Shown: piece by piece, positions 1 to 9,315 of the stretch | How positions within the stretch are numbered: the stretch's first letter is position 1 | How the letters are laid out: each line of letters starts with the position of its first letter | NCBI GenBank assembly: GCA_949292245.1 | Contig: CASEYV010000001.1 | Span: 52,433 to 116,432, forward strand | DNA from: an uncultured bacterium | GTDB lineage: Bacteria; Bacillota_I; Bacilli_A; RF39; UBA660 | Direction of reading: 5' to 3' | DNA: 64,000 nt | Notes under the pieces: model-generated | What the model was told of the DNA's origin: nothing | Databases searched by the model: none | What the model saw: only the letters and a program-made list of their open reading frames with translations | Made by a program: the position numbers and the translations under genes

Positions 1-1993
1 CAATCATCAATACATTATCATTTGTTGTGTAAAAAGTAATATTACCAACATTATCTTTAATTGGATTACCATTTAAATTTAAATCTTTATTTAAAACTAT
101 TGATGGAGTAAATGTTCCAATTTCTTGCCAATATTCAACATTATCTAATCTAATAGTATCACTTGATATATGGTCTTTGATACATTCATATACAGTTAAA
201 GTTTTATCATTTTGTTGTTCTAATCTTGTTCCAACTTTATATTCACGGTCATATTCCCAACCTAAATATTTTGTATAATCAATATTTTTACCTAAATGTA
301 AATCACCATAAGCACCAGCATTAATATTAACATTTTCTATAGGATTAGAACCACCTAATGTTACGGTATTATCATTTGTATCATCACCTTGTTCAAGAAC
401 TAAACTATTAACAACAGGTTTGATACTTTCTTCATCATTAATAATTGTAGAATTATAATGAGTTTGTAATAAGTATTCACCATTTGGATTCATTAAATAA
501 TCAATAAATTGCCAAATAGGTTGTGTAAATTTAAATTGTAATAATCTTTTATCGCTTAATGTTGCATCTAAAATATCAGTGTAATTTAATGAAGATTCTG
601 TTTTGTAAGGTTTTGTTTCAGAAACAAAATTTGTTACTTCTTCATCAAATTTATTATGAATTACTGATACATATTCTGTATTTTCACCCAATGAAATTAT
701 TAATTTAGATGTATTTGAGCAATTATTAAATATATTTTCACTTATTATACTATTAATTATTTTTGCATTTTCATTAGGATTTAAAATAATTGCTTCATTT
801 TTAACATTTTTAAATATACAATTTTTAACAATTAAATGTTCAATAGAATCATATGATATAATTGCTGATTCAGCTGTATTAAAAATACATTTATCAAAAA
901 TAATATGAGATGAATTTGAAACATTTAAGTTATCGGAAATTCTTACTAAATTAGTAATGTCTTTACCAATAAATTCTACATTTCTAAATGTTACATTATG
1001 ACAAGTTGATAATAATAACAATGAAGAAGCCATACTAGATGATACATCTATTGTCATATCTTCAACTGTAATAAATTTAGGTGTTTCAGCATTTAAGCCA
1101 TATTCATTAACTGAACCTAAATTCATATTACTATCCATAGTTGCCATAATAGCATTTAAATAATCAATAGATTTAATAATAGTTCTACCAATTCCTTCAC
1201 CTTTTAAATAAGCTCCGTAAGGTAATGGTAAAGTTTTTGAGGTTATATTATATGTACCAGCTGGGAAAAATAAAGTTCTATAATATCTTGGATTATCACC
1301 AGCTTTATTTAAAGCAACTATTGCATTAAATACAGCATCAGAATCATCAGCAATACCATCGCCAAATGCACCAAAATTTTTAACTGAACAATAGTCATCT
1401 AAAACTTCTTGTAAAGTTCTTTCAGGTGGTAATGATGAAGTTACTGAATAAAAATTATCAGAACCGAAGCCTAATCTTTCAATTATGCCTTGACCATAGG
1501 TTTTACCATTTTCTAATGTTATTTCCGTTCCTGTTGTGATTAAGCCAATAAAAGCATTATTATGAATAAATGCTTTAACATTTAATCCTTCTGTTTTATT
1601 AATTATTTCTACAATTTTTGATATTGAAGAACTTTCTTCAAAATTTACTTCAATAGAATTAATATATAAAGATGTATTAGGAACAATAACTGGATTAGAT
1701 GCTGTTCCGACAACAACAATAGGTAAACGAGCCATAACATCTGTATTAGATTTATAAGTATAAGTAATTTTTTTCAAATTTTCTGTAAATTCTGTTAAAA
1801 TTTGAACATTACCATATGGAAATATATTTGAATCAATTCTTTCCATTAAACCTGGATTATTTGGATTACCGATAAACAATTCATTGGTATCTGTTGCAAA
1901 TCCTAATTCAGCTTCATTTAATTGAGTAGGTAATTCACTCAATTTTCCACGTCTATGTTGTATTAATGCTATTTGTTTTGTATTTTTTGCCAT
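1..1993 (-). CDS. tailspike / tail fiber protein with parallel beta-helix (pectin-lyase-like) region; C-terminus runs off the window start
   Basis: The minus strand translates continuously from ATG (plus 1991-1993) to the window edge. N-terminus MAKNTKQIALIQHRRGKLSELPTQLNEAELGFATDTNELFIGNP resembles the N-terminal motif of the other fiber genes here. The body has stacked short repeats typical of a beta-helix (NVTFRNVEFIG, IIFDKCIFNT, LIVKNCIFKNV, IISENIFNNC). Confidence 0.5.
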   Translation of the reverse strand, partial: MAKNTKQIALIQHRRGKLSELPTQLNEAELGFATDTNELFIGNPNNPGLMERIDSNIFPYGNVQILTEFTENLKKITYTYKSNTDVMARLPIVVVGTASNPVIVPNTSLYINSIEVNFEESSSISKIVEIINKTEGLNVKAFIHNNAFIGLITTGTEITLENGKTYGQGIIERLGFGSDNFYSVTSSLPPERTLQEVLDDYCSVKNFGAFGDGIADDSDAVFNAIVALNKAGDNPRYYRTLFFPAGTYNITSKTLPLPYGAYLKGEGIGRTIIKSIDYLNAIMATMDSNMNLGSVNEYGLNAETPKFITVEDMTIDVSSSMASSLLLLSTCHNVTFRNVEFIGKDITNLVRISDNLNVSNSSHIIFDKCIFNTAESAIISYDSIEHLIVKNCIFKNVKNEAIILNPNENAKIINSIISENIFNNCSNTSKLIISLGENTEYVSVIHNKFDEEVTNFVSETKPYKTESSLNYTDILDATLSDKRLLQFKFTQPIWQFIDYLMNPNGEYLLQTHYNSTIINDEESIKPVVNSLVLEQGDDTNDNTVTLGGSNPIENVNINAGAYGDLHLGKNIDYTKYLGWEYDREYKVGTRLEQQNDKTLTVYECIKDHISSDTIRLDNVEYWQEIGTFTPSIVLNKDLNLNGNPIKDNVGNITFYTTNDNVLMI

Positions 1994-2062
1994 AATAAAT
2001 AACCTTTTAAAACTATATGTATATGATTATTTATTTGAAAGAAGCCATATGTTTTAATGTTT

Positions 2063-2098
2063 TATATATAAAAAATGAGGGAATTAATTCCCCTCATT
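2063..2098 (-). terminator. rho-independent terminator hairpin (gagggaatt/aattcccctc), A-run on plus side = U-run on the minus transcript
   Basis: Inverted repeat immediately downstream (minus sense) of the CDS 2084-2506. Confidence 0.45.
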
Positions 2099-2506
2099 AA
2101 TAACTTCAATCGTTTGTTTGCCCAATTCAATTATCATAGATTTTACTGTATAATCTTCTGTTGAGCAATCATAAACATCATGAACACCTTTTGAATCATA
2201 ATATTTAATATGACATACAAAATCCTCAATATCTTCTGATGGTAATGAACTTTCGTACTCCTCGCCTGTTTTTGTATTTACGAGAGTAATTGAAATTTCA
2301 TATTCATCTAAATAAGCAGTTGTAATTTTATAATCATCTGTTAATTCAATCGGAAATTCTTGTGTAGTCCCATTTACATTTTTATATTCTGTTTTGGAAT
2401 TATAAATAAAATATCCGATAAAACCTACTAAAAAACTAACCAAAACAACCAAGCAAAATTTATTAAAATTTCCAATAAGTTTCATTTTCTTTCTCCAACC
2501 AATCAA
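2084..2506 (-). CDS. hypothetical membrane protein (N-terminal TM helix)
   Basis: 140-aa ORF with the hydrophobic segment KFCLVVLVSFLVGFIGYFIY. Confidence 0.45.
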   Translation of the reverse strand: MIGWRKKMKLIGNFNKFCLVVLVSFLVGFIGYFIYNSKTEYKNVNGTTQEFPIELTDDYKITTAYLDEYEISITLVNTKTGEEYESSLPSEDIEDFVCHIKYYDSKGVHDVYDCSTEDYTVKSMIIELGKQTIEVINEGN

Positions 2507-2810
2507 TCATGTTTTTTACAGCATCTTGTTTTTTTAACCATTCATTCATAATAATTTCTTTATTATTTTTCTTAATTTTATAAGTTTTACCTTTAAATAT
2601 ATCTTCATCATCTATATTAAAAGTTTTTGAAATATAATTCCAATCAGCTGGATTACTATCTGATTTATATATATTCCATTTAGTTTTTAATTGTTTTTGT
2701 TTTAATTTTCGTAAATATAATAATTTTTCATATCTTCTTTTTCTTGTCAAAGAAATATATTCAATTACTTTATACAAAATATATATTAATATTATATTAA
2801 CAACTATCAT
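2463..2810 (-). CDS. hypothetical protein with N-terminal hydrophobic helix
   Basis: 115-aa ORF. Its 44-nt overlap with the downstream gene suggests the true start may differ. Confidence 0.35.
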   Translation of the reverse strand: MIVVNIILIYILYKVIEYISLTRKRRYEKLLYLRKLKQKQLKTKWNIYKSDSNPADWNYISKTFNIDDEDIFKGKTYKIKKNNKEIIMNEWLKKQDAVKNMIDWLEKENETYWKF

Positions 2811-2886
2811 TTTAATCCTTTAAATACAAAATATGTTCAATAAATTTATATAAGATACAGAAAAATATAATATCGATAATTATCAT

Positions 2887-3243
2887 TTAATCCTCACAAT
2901 TTTCTGTTTCTTCGTTATCTTCCCAATCTTCTAATTTTAAAATATATAATGCCATTTTTTCCCATTTACGACTAATTTTATCAAATTCAATTTTAAAGTC
3001 TTCCAATGATGTATTTTCATTAAAATATTGTTTAAATTCATATATAGGAGCGTTTCTACCTCTATTATGTTCATTAATATCCAAGTGAATATATGTGTAC
3101 ATTTTTTTATCAGTTAATACAAATGAACCTTTAAAATTTCTCGCATGTATTTTTCCATATACTTTATTATTATAGATAATATCTTTTTGAAATTCTTTTT
3201 TATCTCTAAAATAATCTTCTTTTAAATCTTTTAATCTGAACAT
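2887..3243 (-). CDS. hypothetical protein
   Basis: 118-aa ORF in the minus-strand gene array. Confidence 0.35.
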   Translation of the reverse strand: MFRLKDLKEDYFRDKKEFQKDIIYNNKVYGKIHARNFKGSFVLTDKKMYTYIHLDINEHNRGRNAPIYEFKQYFNENTSLEDFKIEFDKISRKWEKMALYILKLEDWEDNEETENCED

Positions 3244-3304
3244 GAAAAATACTCCTATATTGATTATAGGAGTATATTATATCAAAAAAATAAATTGTCA
3301 ACAA

Positions 3305-3589
3305 TTATTTTTCAATCATCGTAGCAATAATACCTTGACCGATAAAATCTGCTTTTTTAGGCTTACCATTTTCATAAAAAAGAATTGAAATGTCACCTTC
3401 AGAAGAATTTTTAATATATGTTATTCCGTCATATTTCCAAATAATTTCACCGGTAAATGAATTTACAATAATAATTTCTCGTCTTAATTCACCATAATCA
3501 CTTTGATAATTTTTCTTAGTCATTTCCCATGAATTTCCACAACCAGAAATCATTAAAATACAAAGTAAAATACCCCACAATTTTTTCAT
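3305..3589 (-). CDS. putative lipoprotein / secreted small protein
   Basis: Signal peptide MKKLWGILLCILMISGCGNS followed by a Cys (lipobox-like LMISGC). Confidence 0.45.
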   Translation of the reverse strand: MKKLWGILLCILMISGCGNSWEMTKKNYQSDYGELRREIIIVNSFTGEIIWKYDGITYIKNSSEGDISILFYENGKPKKADFIGQGIIATMIEK

Positions 3590-3891
3590 TTATTTTCTCC
3601 TTTATATAATTTACTAATAACACTATTCATTCTCATCATAGCAGCACTATTTGCTGAATGAACCAATATAATTTTTGGTAATGGAAAATTATTGATATAA
3701 AATTCTTCTTCTAGCCAATCTAAAACTTTATATCCTTCAGCTAATCCTTCACCAAGGTCATTATCTAATGAAAGAAATTCAACATTTCCTTTATTTTTTA
3801 TTAATTGGTCAATTGTTTCTTCAACTGTATATGTACGAATATCATATATAGCTGGTGTTTTTCTACAATCATCTAAATAAATATTAACCAT
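3586..3891 (-). CDS. hypothetical protein, possible stand-alone receiver (CheY-fold)-like domain
   Basis: The 101-aa protein has acidic and polar residues at receiver-like spacings: LDD at 6-8, SLDNDLGEG at about 41-49, VHSANS at about 77-82 and KGE at about 98. Confidence 0.25.
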   Translation of the reverse strand: MVNIYLDDCRKTPAIYDIRTYTVEETIDQLIKNKGNVEFLSLDNDLGEGLAEGYKVLDWLEEEFYINNFPLPKIILVHSANSAAMMRMNSVISKLYKGENK

Positions 3892-3909
3892 GATATTTTC
3901 CTAAATAAA

Positions 3910-3987
3910 TGGCATTCCCAGAGGGATTCGAACCCCCACTCTTTTCGTTCGTAGCGAAATGCTTTAGTCCAATTAAGCTATGGGAAC
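3910..3987 (-). tRNA. tRNA-Arg (anticodon ACG), CCA encoded
   Basis: The reverse complement folds as a cloverleaf. Acceptor stem is GTTCCCA/TGGGAAT, D-stem GCTT/AAGC with a GG loop, anticodon stem TTTCG/CGAAA around loop CTACGAA (U33, A37). T-arm is GGGGG TTCGAAT CCCTC, followed by discriminator G and CCA. Confidence 0.85.
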
Positions 3988-4041
3988 ATTGTATTATTTA
4001 GGATAAGTATAATAACTATTTTATAAAATGTCAATGGTTAT

Positions 4042-4563
4042 TTATCTATTAGTTGAACCTAACCCACCTTTTCTTTCACCATCAGTTTCATCATCATAAG
4101 TTATACCATATGGCAAGAAAATTCCTTGGCAAAATGCTTTTCCTCTCTCTAAATCAATTATTTTATCACCATCATTTTGAATTTTTACCCATATATGACC
4201 TTCATTATTTTCATTATTATAATAATCTTCATCAATAACTCCAATAGAATTACCAAGTCTTAATGAATATTTAAAACCTAACCCTGATTTTGGGAAAATA
4301 CCTAAAAACCAACCATTATCAACCATACATTTTAATCCAGTTGGAATTTTTATTGATTGGTTTGGCTCCAAATAAATTCCAATTGGAGTTACTATATCAT
4401 ATCCAGCCGAGCCTTTAGTTGCTCTTGTTGGTAATTTGATAATATCATTTAATGTCGTTGATTGAAATGATTTACCACTTTCATTATCTGTAAATAAATG
4501 TGCAGTATCTTTTTCCCATTGTTCAATACTAATTTTTTCGAATTTTCCAACTCTTACTGTCAT
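4042..4563 (-). CDS. dut: dUTP diphosphatase (dUTPase)
   Basis: dUTPase motifs are present: SAGYDI (motif I), GVIDEDY (motif III) and C-terminal RKGGLGSTN (motif V). Confidence 0.85.
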   Translation of the reverse strand: MTVRVGKFEKISIEQWEKDTAHLFTDNESGKSFQSTTLNDIIKLPTRATKGSAGYDIVTPIGIYLEPNQSIKIPTGLKCMVDNGWFLGIFPKSGLGFKYSLRLGNSIGVIDEDYYNNENNEGHIWVKIQNDGDKIIDLERGKAFCQGIFLPYGITYDDETDGERKGGLGSTNR

Positions 4564-4585
4564 TATTTTTTCCTTTATAAAATAA

Positions 4586-4615
4586 AAAAGTCTATCAAAA
4601 TTATGATAGACTTTT
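4586..4615 (-). terminator. bidirectional rho-independent terminator hairpin (aagtctatca/tgatagactt) flanked by A-run and T-run
   Basis: Perfect 10-bp inverted repeat between dut and the CBM-repeat gene. Confidence 0.5.
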
Positions 4616-4640
4616 TTTAATTTATTAGCAATATTATATT

Positions 4641-5372
4641 TTATAAAACTTCAATATAACAATCAACTAATTCTTCATCTTTGCAGAATGCACCTTCGAA
4701 ACCATCATCGCCTTCTGTTAAATCATATTTGTATGTTAAAACTTCGCCATCAAATGTTTCAACTACATTTCTTACGATTTTTTTAGCATATTTAGTTTCA
4801 GTTCCAGTGATTTTAGTAACTTTAATATAACCTGTTCCAGCAACAGTAGCTTCAGTATTGTCAACTAACATAACAACACCTTGTCTATTTTCATCAGCAA
4901 CAGCAGCAACTAAATATTTGTTATAACCAACTTGTTTAATGATTTTAGCATCTTCTAATGCACCACCACCTAATGTATATTCTGTCCAATATACAACTAA
5001 TGTATATGATTTCCAATTAGCTGAATCAGTTGCAAATGCTTCACTAGAAGTATGTTGTTTTGTACATTCATATTGTTTACCAGATTCAGTTACTTTATCA
5101 CCAATTTGATATTCATGTGTAGCTTGCCAAGCAGCAGGAGCAGCTTCTTTTGCTAAGAAAGTTGATTGGTTATTTGCAGTTTTGCAGATATAATTTTTTC
5201 CACCTTGTGCTACTTTATCACCAACATTATAGTCAGTATTTTTTACCCAAGCAGCAGGAGCATATTCTTGTTCTAAAAATGCATGAATTTTTACTTTTTC
5301 AAAATTTTCTGTTTCTGCATCGAATCTTTTTTCGGCATTAAAAAATCCAAAACCAGCTAAAGGTCTTCCCAT
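4641..5372 (-). CDS. protein with two chitin-binding type-3 / CBM5_12-like repeats
   Basis: Two repeats, AAPAAWVKNTDYNVGDKVAQGGKNYICKTANNQS and AAPAAWQATHEYQIGDKVTESGKQYECTKQHTS, match the W..Y..GD.V...G..Y.C carbohydrate-binding signature. Confidence 0.5.
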   Translation of the reverse strand: MGRPLAGFGFFNAEKRFDAETENFEKVKIHAFLEQEYAPAAWVKNTDYNVGDKVAQGGKNYICKTANNQSTFLAKEAAPAAWQATHEYQIGDKVTESGKQYECTKQHTSSEAFATDSANWKSYTLVVYWTEYTLGGGALEDAKIIKQVGYNKYLVAAVADENRQGVVMLVDNTEATVAGTGYIKVTKITGTETKYAKKIVRNVVETFDGEVLTYKYDLTEGDDGFEGAFCKDEELVDCYIEVL

Positions 5373-5403
5373 TAAATTCTCCTTAAATAAATTATACAGA
5401 TAA

Positions 5404-5436
5404 CAATTTATTTCATTATCTGTATATATTTATTAT
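5404..5436 (-). terminator. hairpin (atacagataa/ttatctgtat) followed by U-rich tract on the minus transcript
   Basis: 10-bp inverted repeat downstream of the methyltransferase gene 5442-6227. Confidence 0.4.
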
Positions 5437-5441
5437 GGTAT

Positions 5442-6227
5442 TTAACTATTTTTAATTCTATCAATAGCATATTCACATTGATTTTCAGATATTTCACTAC
5501 CATAGCAATTTAAATTTAATTGTTTACAAGCAACACCTGTTGTTCCACTTCCCATAAATGGGTCATAAACTATTGAATTTTCAGAAGCATATATATTTAA
5601 TAATTTAGAGCAAAGCTCGCTAGAATAAGTTGCTTTATTTAATTTGCAAGGTCCGTCATTATTTGGGGCTTCAATAAAATTATAAATATTTTTATAAAAT
5701 GTTTGTCCAGTTTTTCCAATTTGTGAAATAGGTTTATTACAATTAAATGTTTTATATTCATTTTTACGACAAAACACAAACACATCTTCAACAATTCTTG
5801 TTAATTTATTTTTACTTGCATTATTTGGTAATGCTGTTCTTTTTTTCCATATGATTCTATCAGCTGTTACAAAATTAGTATTCCTAATAATATCAGCTAT
5901 TGTTAACCAAACTAATCCAATGCCTTCTTTATTTACAGAGCAATCAGAACCATATGAAACATTCCATAAAATTACACCGTTTGTTGACAATACATTATCA
6001 AATTCATTAAATAATTTTACACACCAATCACAATATTCTTGTTGTGTCATATTATCAATATGAATATCATACTTTCCTTCATAATTTTCACGACTTCTAT
6101 CGGTATTAGAAGGACGACCTGTATTATATGGTGGTGAAGTTAAAATAATATCTACTTTAACATTATCTTTTTTAAAATTTTCAATAGTGTCAAAACAATT
6201 TTCATTAAATATTTTTATTTCCGACAT
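5442..6227 (-). CDS. DNA methyltransferase, beta-class amino-MTase (SPPY motif; N4-cytosine or N6-adenine)
   Basis: N-terminal catalytic motif ILTSPPYN and C-terminal AdoMet motif DPFMGSGTTGVA. The order (motif IV before motif I) is beta-class. Confidence 0.8.
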   Translation of the reverse strand: MSEIKIFNENCFDTIENFKKDNVKVDIILTSPPYNTGRPSNTDRSRENYEGKYDIHIDNMTQQEYCDWCVKLFNEFDNVLSTNGVILWNVSYGSDCSVNKEGIGLVWLTIADIIRNTNFVTADRIIWKKRTALPNNASKNKLTRIVEDVFVFCRKNEYKTFNCNKPISQIGKTGQTFYKNIYNFIEAPNNDGPCKLNKATYSSELCSKLLNIYASENSIVYDPFMGSGTTGVACKQLNLNCYGSEISENQCEYAIDRIKNS

Positions 6228-6924
6228 TTTCTACCTCTTTTAATAATCTTTCAACAGCCATATTAAAATATGTTTCATTTTGTTCAATACCAATAAATTT
6301 TCTATTTGTTTTTATGCAAGCTACACCTGTTGTTCCACTTCCCATAAATGGGTCAAGAACAATATCATTTTCATCTGAACCAATAGGAATCATATTTTCA
6401 ATAGGTTCTAATGGTTTTAATGCTGGATGATTCCATTCTTTATTACCACCTATATTCCAATGATAATCTGTTTTTTTCTGATGATATGTTCCAGTTAATG
6501 TTCTGCCTTTCCAAAGATGAACACAATAATCTTTATCCTGATATTTTCCTCTAACATTAGGCAACGCATTATTTCTGTATAAGCATATATCTTGCCAATT
6601 CCATTTATTTTCTTTTGCCATAATTAAGTAATCAATAAATTGTTTTTTAGAACACCATATTTGATAATTTATAGCTTTACATACTCTTTTAAATTCAGTA
6701 AATAATAAATCGATATTAAAACCATCTGATATATTAGCTTGAATTAATTTATCATATGATTTTCTAGCTTTCTTTTCCATTATTTCACCCATATTATCAT
6801 CACTGTGAATAATATAAGGTGGGTCAGTATGAATTAATGTTACTGAATTATCTTCTATTTCTTTAATTACTTCTTCACAATTACCATGATACAATACGCA
6901 ATTTTCAATTATTACTTTTTTCAT
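6205..6924 (-). CDS. DNA N6-adenine methyltransferase, beta-class (DPPY)
   Basis: HTDPPYII near the N-terminus and DPFMGSGTTGVA near the C-terminus. Confidence 0.8.
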   Translation of the reverse strand: MKKVIIENCVLYHGNCEEVIKEIEDNSVTLIHTDPPYIIHSDDNMGEIMEKKARKSYDKLIQANISDGFNIDLLFTEFKRVCKAINYQIWCSKKQFIDYLIMAKENKWNWQDICLYRNNALPNVRGKYQDKDYCVHLWKGRTLTGTYHQKKTDYHWNIGGNKEWNHPALKPLEPIENMIPIGSDENDIVLDPFMGSGTTGVACIKTNRKFIGIEQNETYFNMAVERLLKEVENVGNKNI

Positions 6925-6926
6925 AA

Positions 6927-7334
6927 TTATCTTTCAATTCCTCTAAATGTATTATTATAAAATTTAATTTGGTGCTGTGCAATTAAATTCATTTGATTAT
7001 CAAAATCTGTTTTACTTTTTTCAATATTTAATTGTATATTTTTTTCTGATAAAAATCTATTAATGTATTCATCTTTATTAATAAGAGATTTTAATTCTAA
7101 AATATTTTCATCTTTAATAGATGTATAATATTCTATATCATTATTAGCATGTAAAGGTTTATTAAATTTAACAAAACTTAATGCTCTTTTAATTCCATAT
7201 AAATGTGCTGATAATTCATTATTAGTTTGTAATTGATTTCCATTCATCATATAAATTTGGTCTTTATCTCCAACTAAAACAACACCAACATAAGTATTAA
7301 ATTTATTTTTTTGGACTTGCGTATATATTTTCAT
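6927..7334 (-). CDS. hypothetical protein
   Basis: 135-aa ORF. Confidence 0.35.
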   Translation of the reverse strand: MKIYTQVQKNKFNTYVGVVLVGDKDQIYMMNGNQLQTNNELSAHLYGIKRALSFVKFNKPLHANNDIEYYTSIKDENILELKSLINKDEYINRFLSEKNIQLNIEKSKTDFDNQMNLIAQHQIKFYNNTFRGIER

Positions 7335-7358
7335 ATTTCCCCCACAATAAAATACATT

Positions 7359-7817
7359 TTATATTTCAATATTATCTAATCCAGCACATTGTAATTTTAC
7401 TAAATTTGATAATTGCCAATTTTTAGTTTCAAATCCTTTTGATAAAGATATAAATTTATTTCTTATTAATGCAATATCATTAATAATTAATTGTAATTCT
7501 ACAATATTTTTATCACCATCAATATATTGTTTTATATCGGTTGCATTTAATGCTCTTTGAGAAGTATTCATATATTTTTGATATAATGAAGAACGAATCC
7601 CTTTTAATTTTATATCAAAAAATTCTAATATTGCTTCTAATTCTTGTAATTGTGAATATCTCATTTCATACAAAGATGGCAATTCTGAAATATTTCTATT
7701 TAAATTTCCCTTTATTTTCATTTCATTTTTAGCCAAATTATATTCTTCTTCAAAATGTTCTATTACTTTTGAAATATTATTGGCATTATCTTTAATTAAT
7801 TTTAAATATTCAGACAT
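7359..7817 (-). CDS. hypothetical protein
   Basis: 152-aa ORF. Confidence 0.35.
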   Translation of the reverse strand: MSEYLKLIKDNANNISKVIEHFEEEYNLAKNEMKIKGNLNRNISELPSLYEMRYSQLQELEAILEFFDIKLKGIRSSLYQKYMNTSQRALNATDIKQYIDGDKNIVELQLIINDIALIRNKFISLSKGFETKNWQLSNLVKLQCAGLDNIEI

Positions 7818-7819
7818 TA

Positions 7820-8056
7820 TTAATCCTCATAATCTAAGTCTAATTCGTTTTCTTTAATGAATCTTTTTATACATTTTAAAAATACTTCATCAGTTTCTTC
7901 ATCCCAATCTTCGGCATGAGCTTTCAATTCATTTATATCACAAATTTCATATTCATACAAATAATTTAAAAAATCTTCGATAGCAGATGTTAAATCTTTA
8001 TTACTAATATATGTTGAAAAAATTTTCCATATATTATATAGTTGTTCTTCTTCCAT
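7820..8056 (-). CDS. hypothetical acidic small protein
   Basis: 78-aa ORF rich in D/E. Confidence 0.3.
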   Translation of the reverse strand: MEEEQLYNIWKIFSTYISNKDLTSAIEDFLNYLYEYEICDINELKAHAEDWDEETDEVFLKCIKRFIKENELDLDYED

Positions 8057-8123
8057 ATATAACTCCTTTAATATTACAAAATAATTTATCTAATTATAAT
8101 TAAATATTTTCATTTCAACAATA

Positions 8124-8152
8124 AAAAAGAGGAGATTTTTCTCCTCTTTTTA
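8124..8152 (-). terminator. rho-independent terminator (aagaggag/ctcctctt) with flanking A/T runs
   Basis: Hairpin immediately downstream (minus sense) of the uvsX stop. Confidence 0.55.
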
Positions 8153-9256
8153 TTCTACTTCTTCATTGGTATCTATGGAAATAACTTTTTCTAATTTTTG
8201 GCTATTTTCCCAATCTTCCCAATCTTTCATAATCATATCATAATCTTCATTAGTAATAGATTTACGATATTTTTTCCAAACCTGTTCATCGTTTTTCAAA
8301 GAATAATAAACACAGTATGAACCTTCTTTCATAATTACTGGTCTATCTTTATATTTTAATGTTTCTGTAAATAGCTCAAATAAACCAGAGTATCTATCTA
8401 ATCCTGAATCCCAAGGAATATTACATTCGGCATCTTGGAATGGTTTTGTATATCTTGTTTTACGACAAACAGCTTTTACTTTAATACCTTTAACATCAGT
8501 AGTTTTAACACCGTTTTCATCTTCTTTTAATTTTGCTTTTTGTAATGCTACAATAATAGATGGTGCATATTCCATCGCTCCACCACCGGCAATAATATCT
8601 TCTGGTTTAAAAATAGATTGTGAAGCATATGTATGGTTTGTCGCTAAAACTCCAATAGGTTGGTCTGAACAAGAAGCTAAGAAATTACGGCATAATGAGA
8701 ATAATTGCTTTGGTTTTTTACCCATATCACCCTTCATTTCACCTTTTTCAAATTGTTCTTGTTCAACAGATGTTGTTGCCATACCCAATGAATCAATTAT
8801 AAATAAAATTTTTGGTCTTTCTTCATACGGAATAGCATCATATGCTTTTTTATATTCTTCAATAAATGATGAAATAATGGCAGCCATATCATCTAATAAT
8901 GAAACAGAAATTCTAACAATTTTTGATTCATCTTCCAAATCTAAACCAAAATTTTCACCCCATTTTTTATCAATAGCATTTTCGGTATCAAGAATAACAA
9001 TTTGAACATTATTATCTTGGCAATATTTTCCCATAACACCAATACTTAATAAACTTTTTCCGGTTCCAGAAGGTCCAACTAATAAATTAAATTTACCATC
9101 TAATGGCATACCTTTATGGAAATCACCTGAAATTATATAATTTAATACATAACTTCCTGTATCAATCCAAAATGATGGGTCACGAAATCCGGATGAAATA
9201 GATGGTAAAGTTTTAGTAATGGATTTTCTGAATTTACTTAAATCCATAGGTTTCAT
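8150..9256 (-). CDS. uvsX: UvsX/RecA-family recombinase
   Basis: Matches T4 UvsX block by block. LLVGPSGTGKS aligns with ILAGPSKSFKS, ILFIIDSLGMATT with VVFIDSLGNLASK, ATNHTYASQSIF with AINHTYETQEMF, and DRYSGLFEL with DPYSGLLDM. Confidence 0.85.
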   Translation of the reverse strand: MKPMDLSKFRKSITKTLPSISSGFRDPSFWIDTGSYVLNYIISGDFHKGMPLDGKFNLLVGPSGTGKSLLSIGVMGKYCQDNNVQIVILDTENAIDKKWGENFGLDLEDESKIVRISVSLLDDMAAIISSFIEEYKKAYDAIPYEERPKILFIIDSLGMATTSVEQEQFEKGEMKGDMGKKPKQLFSLCRNFLASCSDQPIGVLATNHTYASQSIFKPEDIIAGGGAMEYAPSIIVALQKAKLKEDENGVKTTDVKGIKVKAVCRKTRYTKPFQDAECNIPWDSGLDRYSGLFELFTETLKYKDRPVIMKEGSYCVYYSLKNDEQVWKKYRKSITNEDYDMIMKDWEDWENSQKLEKVISIDTNEEVE

Positions 9257-9280
9257 ATAAATCTCCTTATTAATAAATTT

Positions 9281-9308
9281 ATAAAAATAGGGGTGGGTTA
9301 CACCCCTA
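9281..9308 (-). terminator. GC-rich hairpin (taggggtg/caccccta) followed by U-run on the minus transcript
   Basis: 8-bp stem between the SSB-like gene end (9316) and the uvsX start. Confidence 0.5.
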
Positions 9309-9315
9309 TATAATG

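Noticed and set aside
6927-7334. Possible RNase H-like or resolvase-like assignment for the 135-aa protein next to the methyltransferases
   Set aside because: No catalytic acidic residue pattern could be aligned convincingly by eye.
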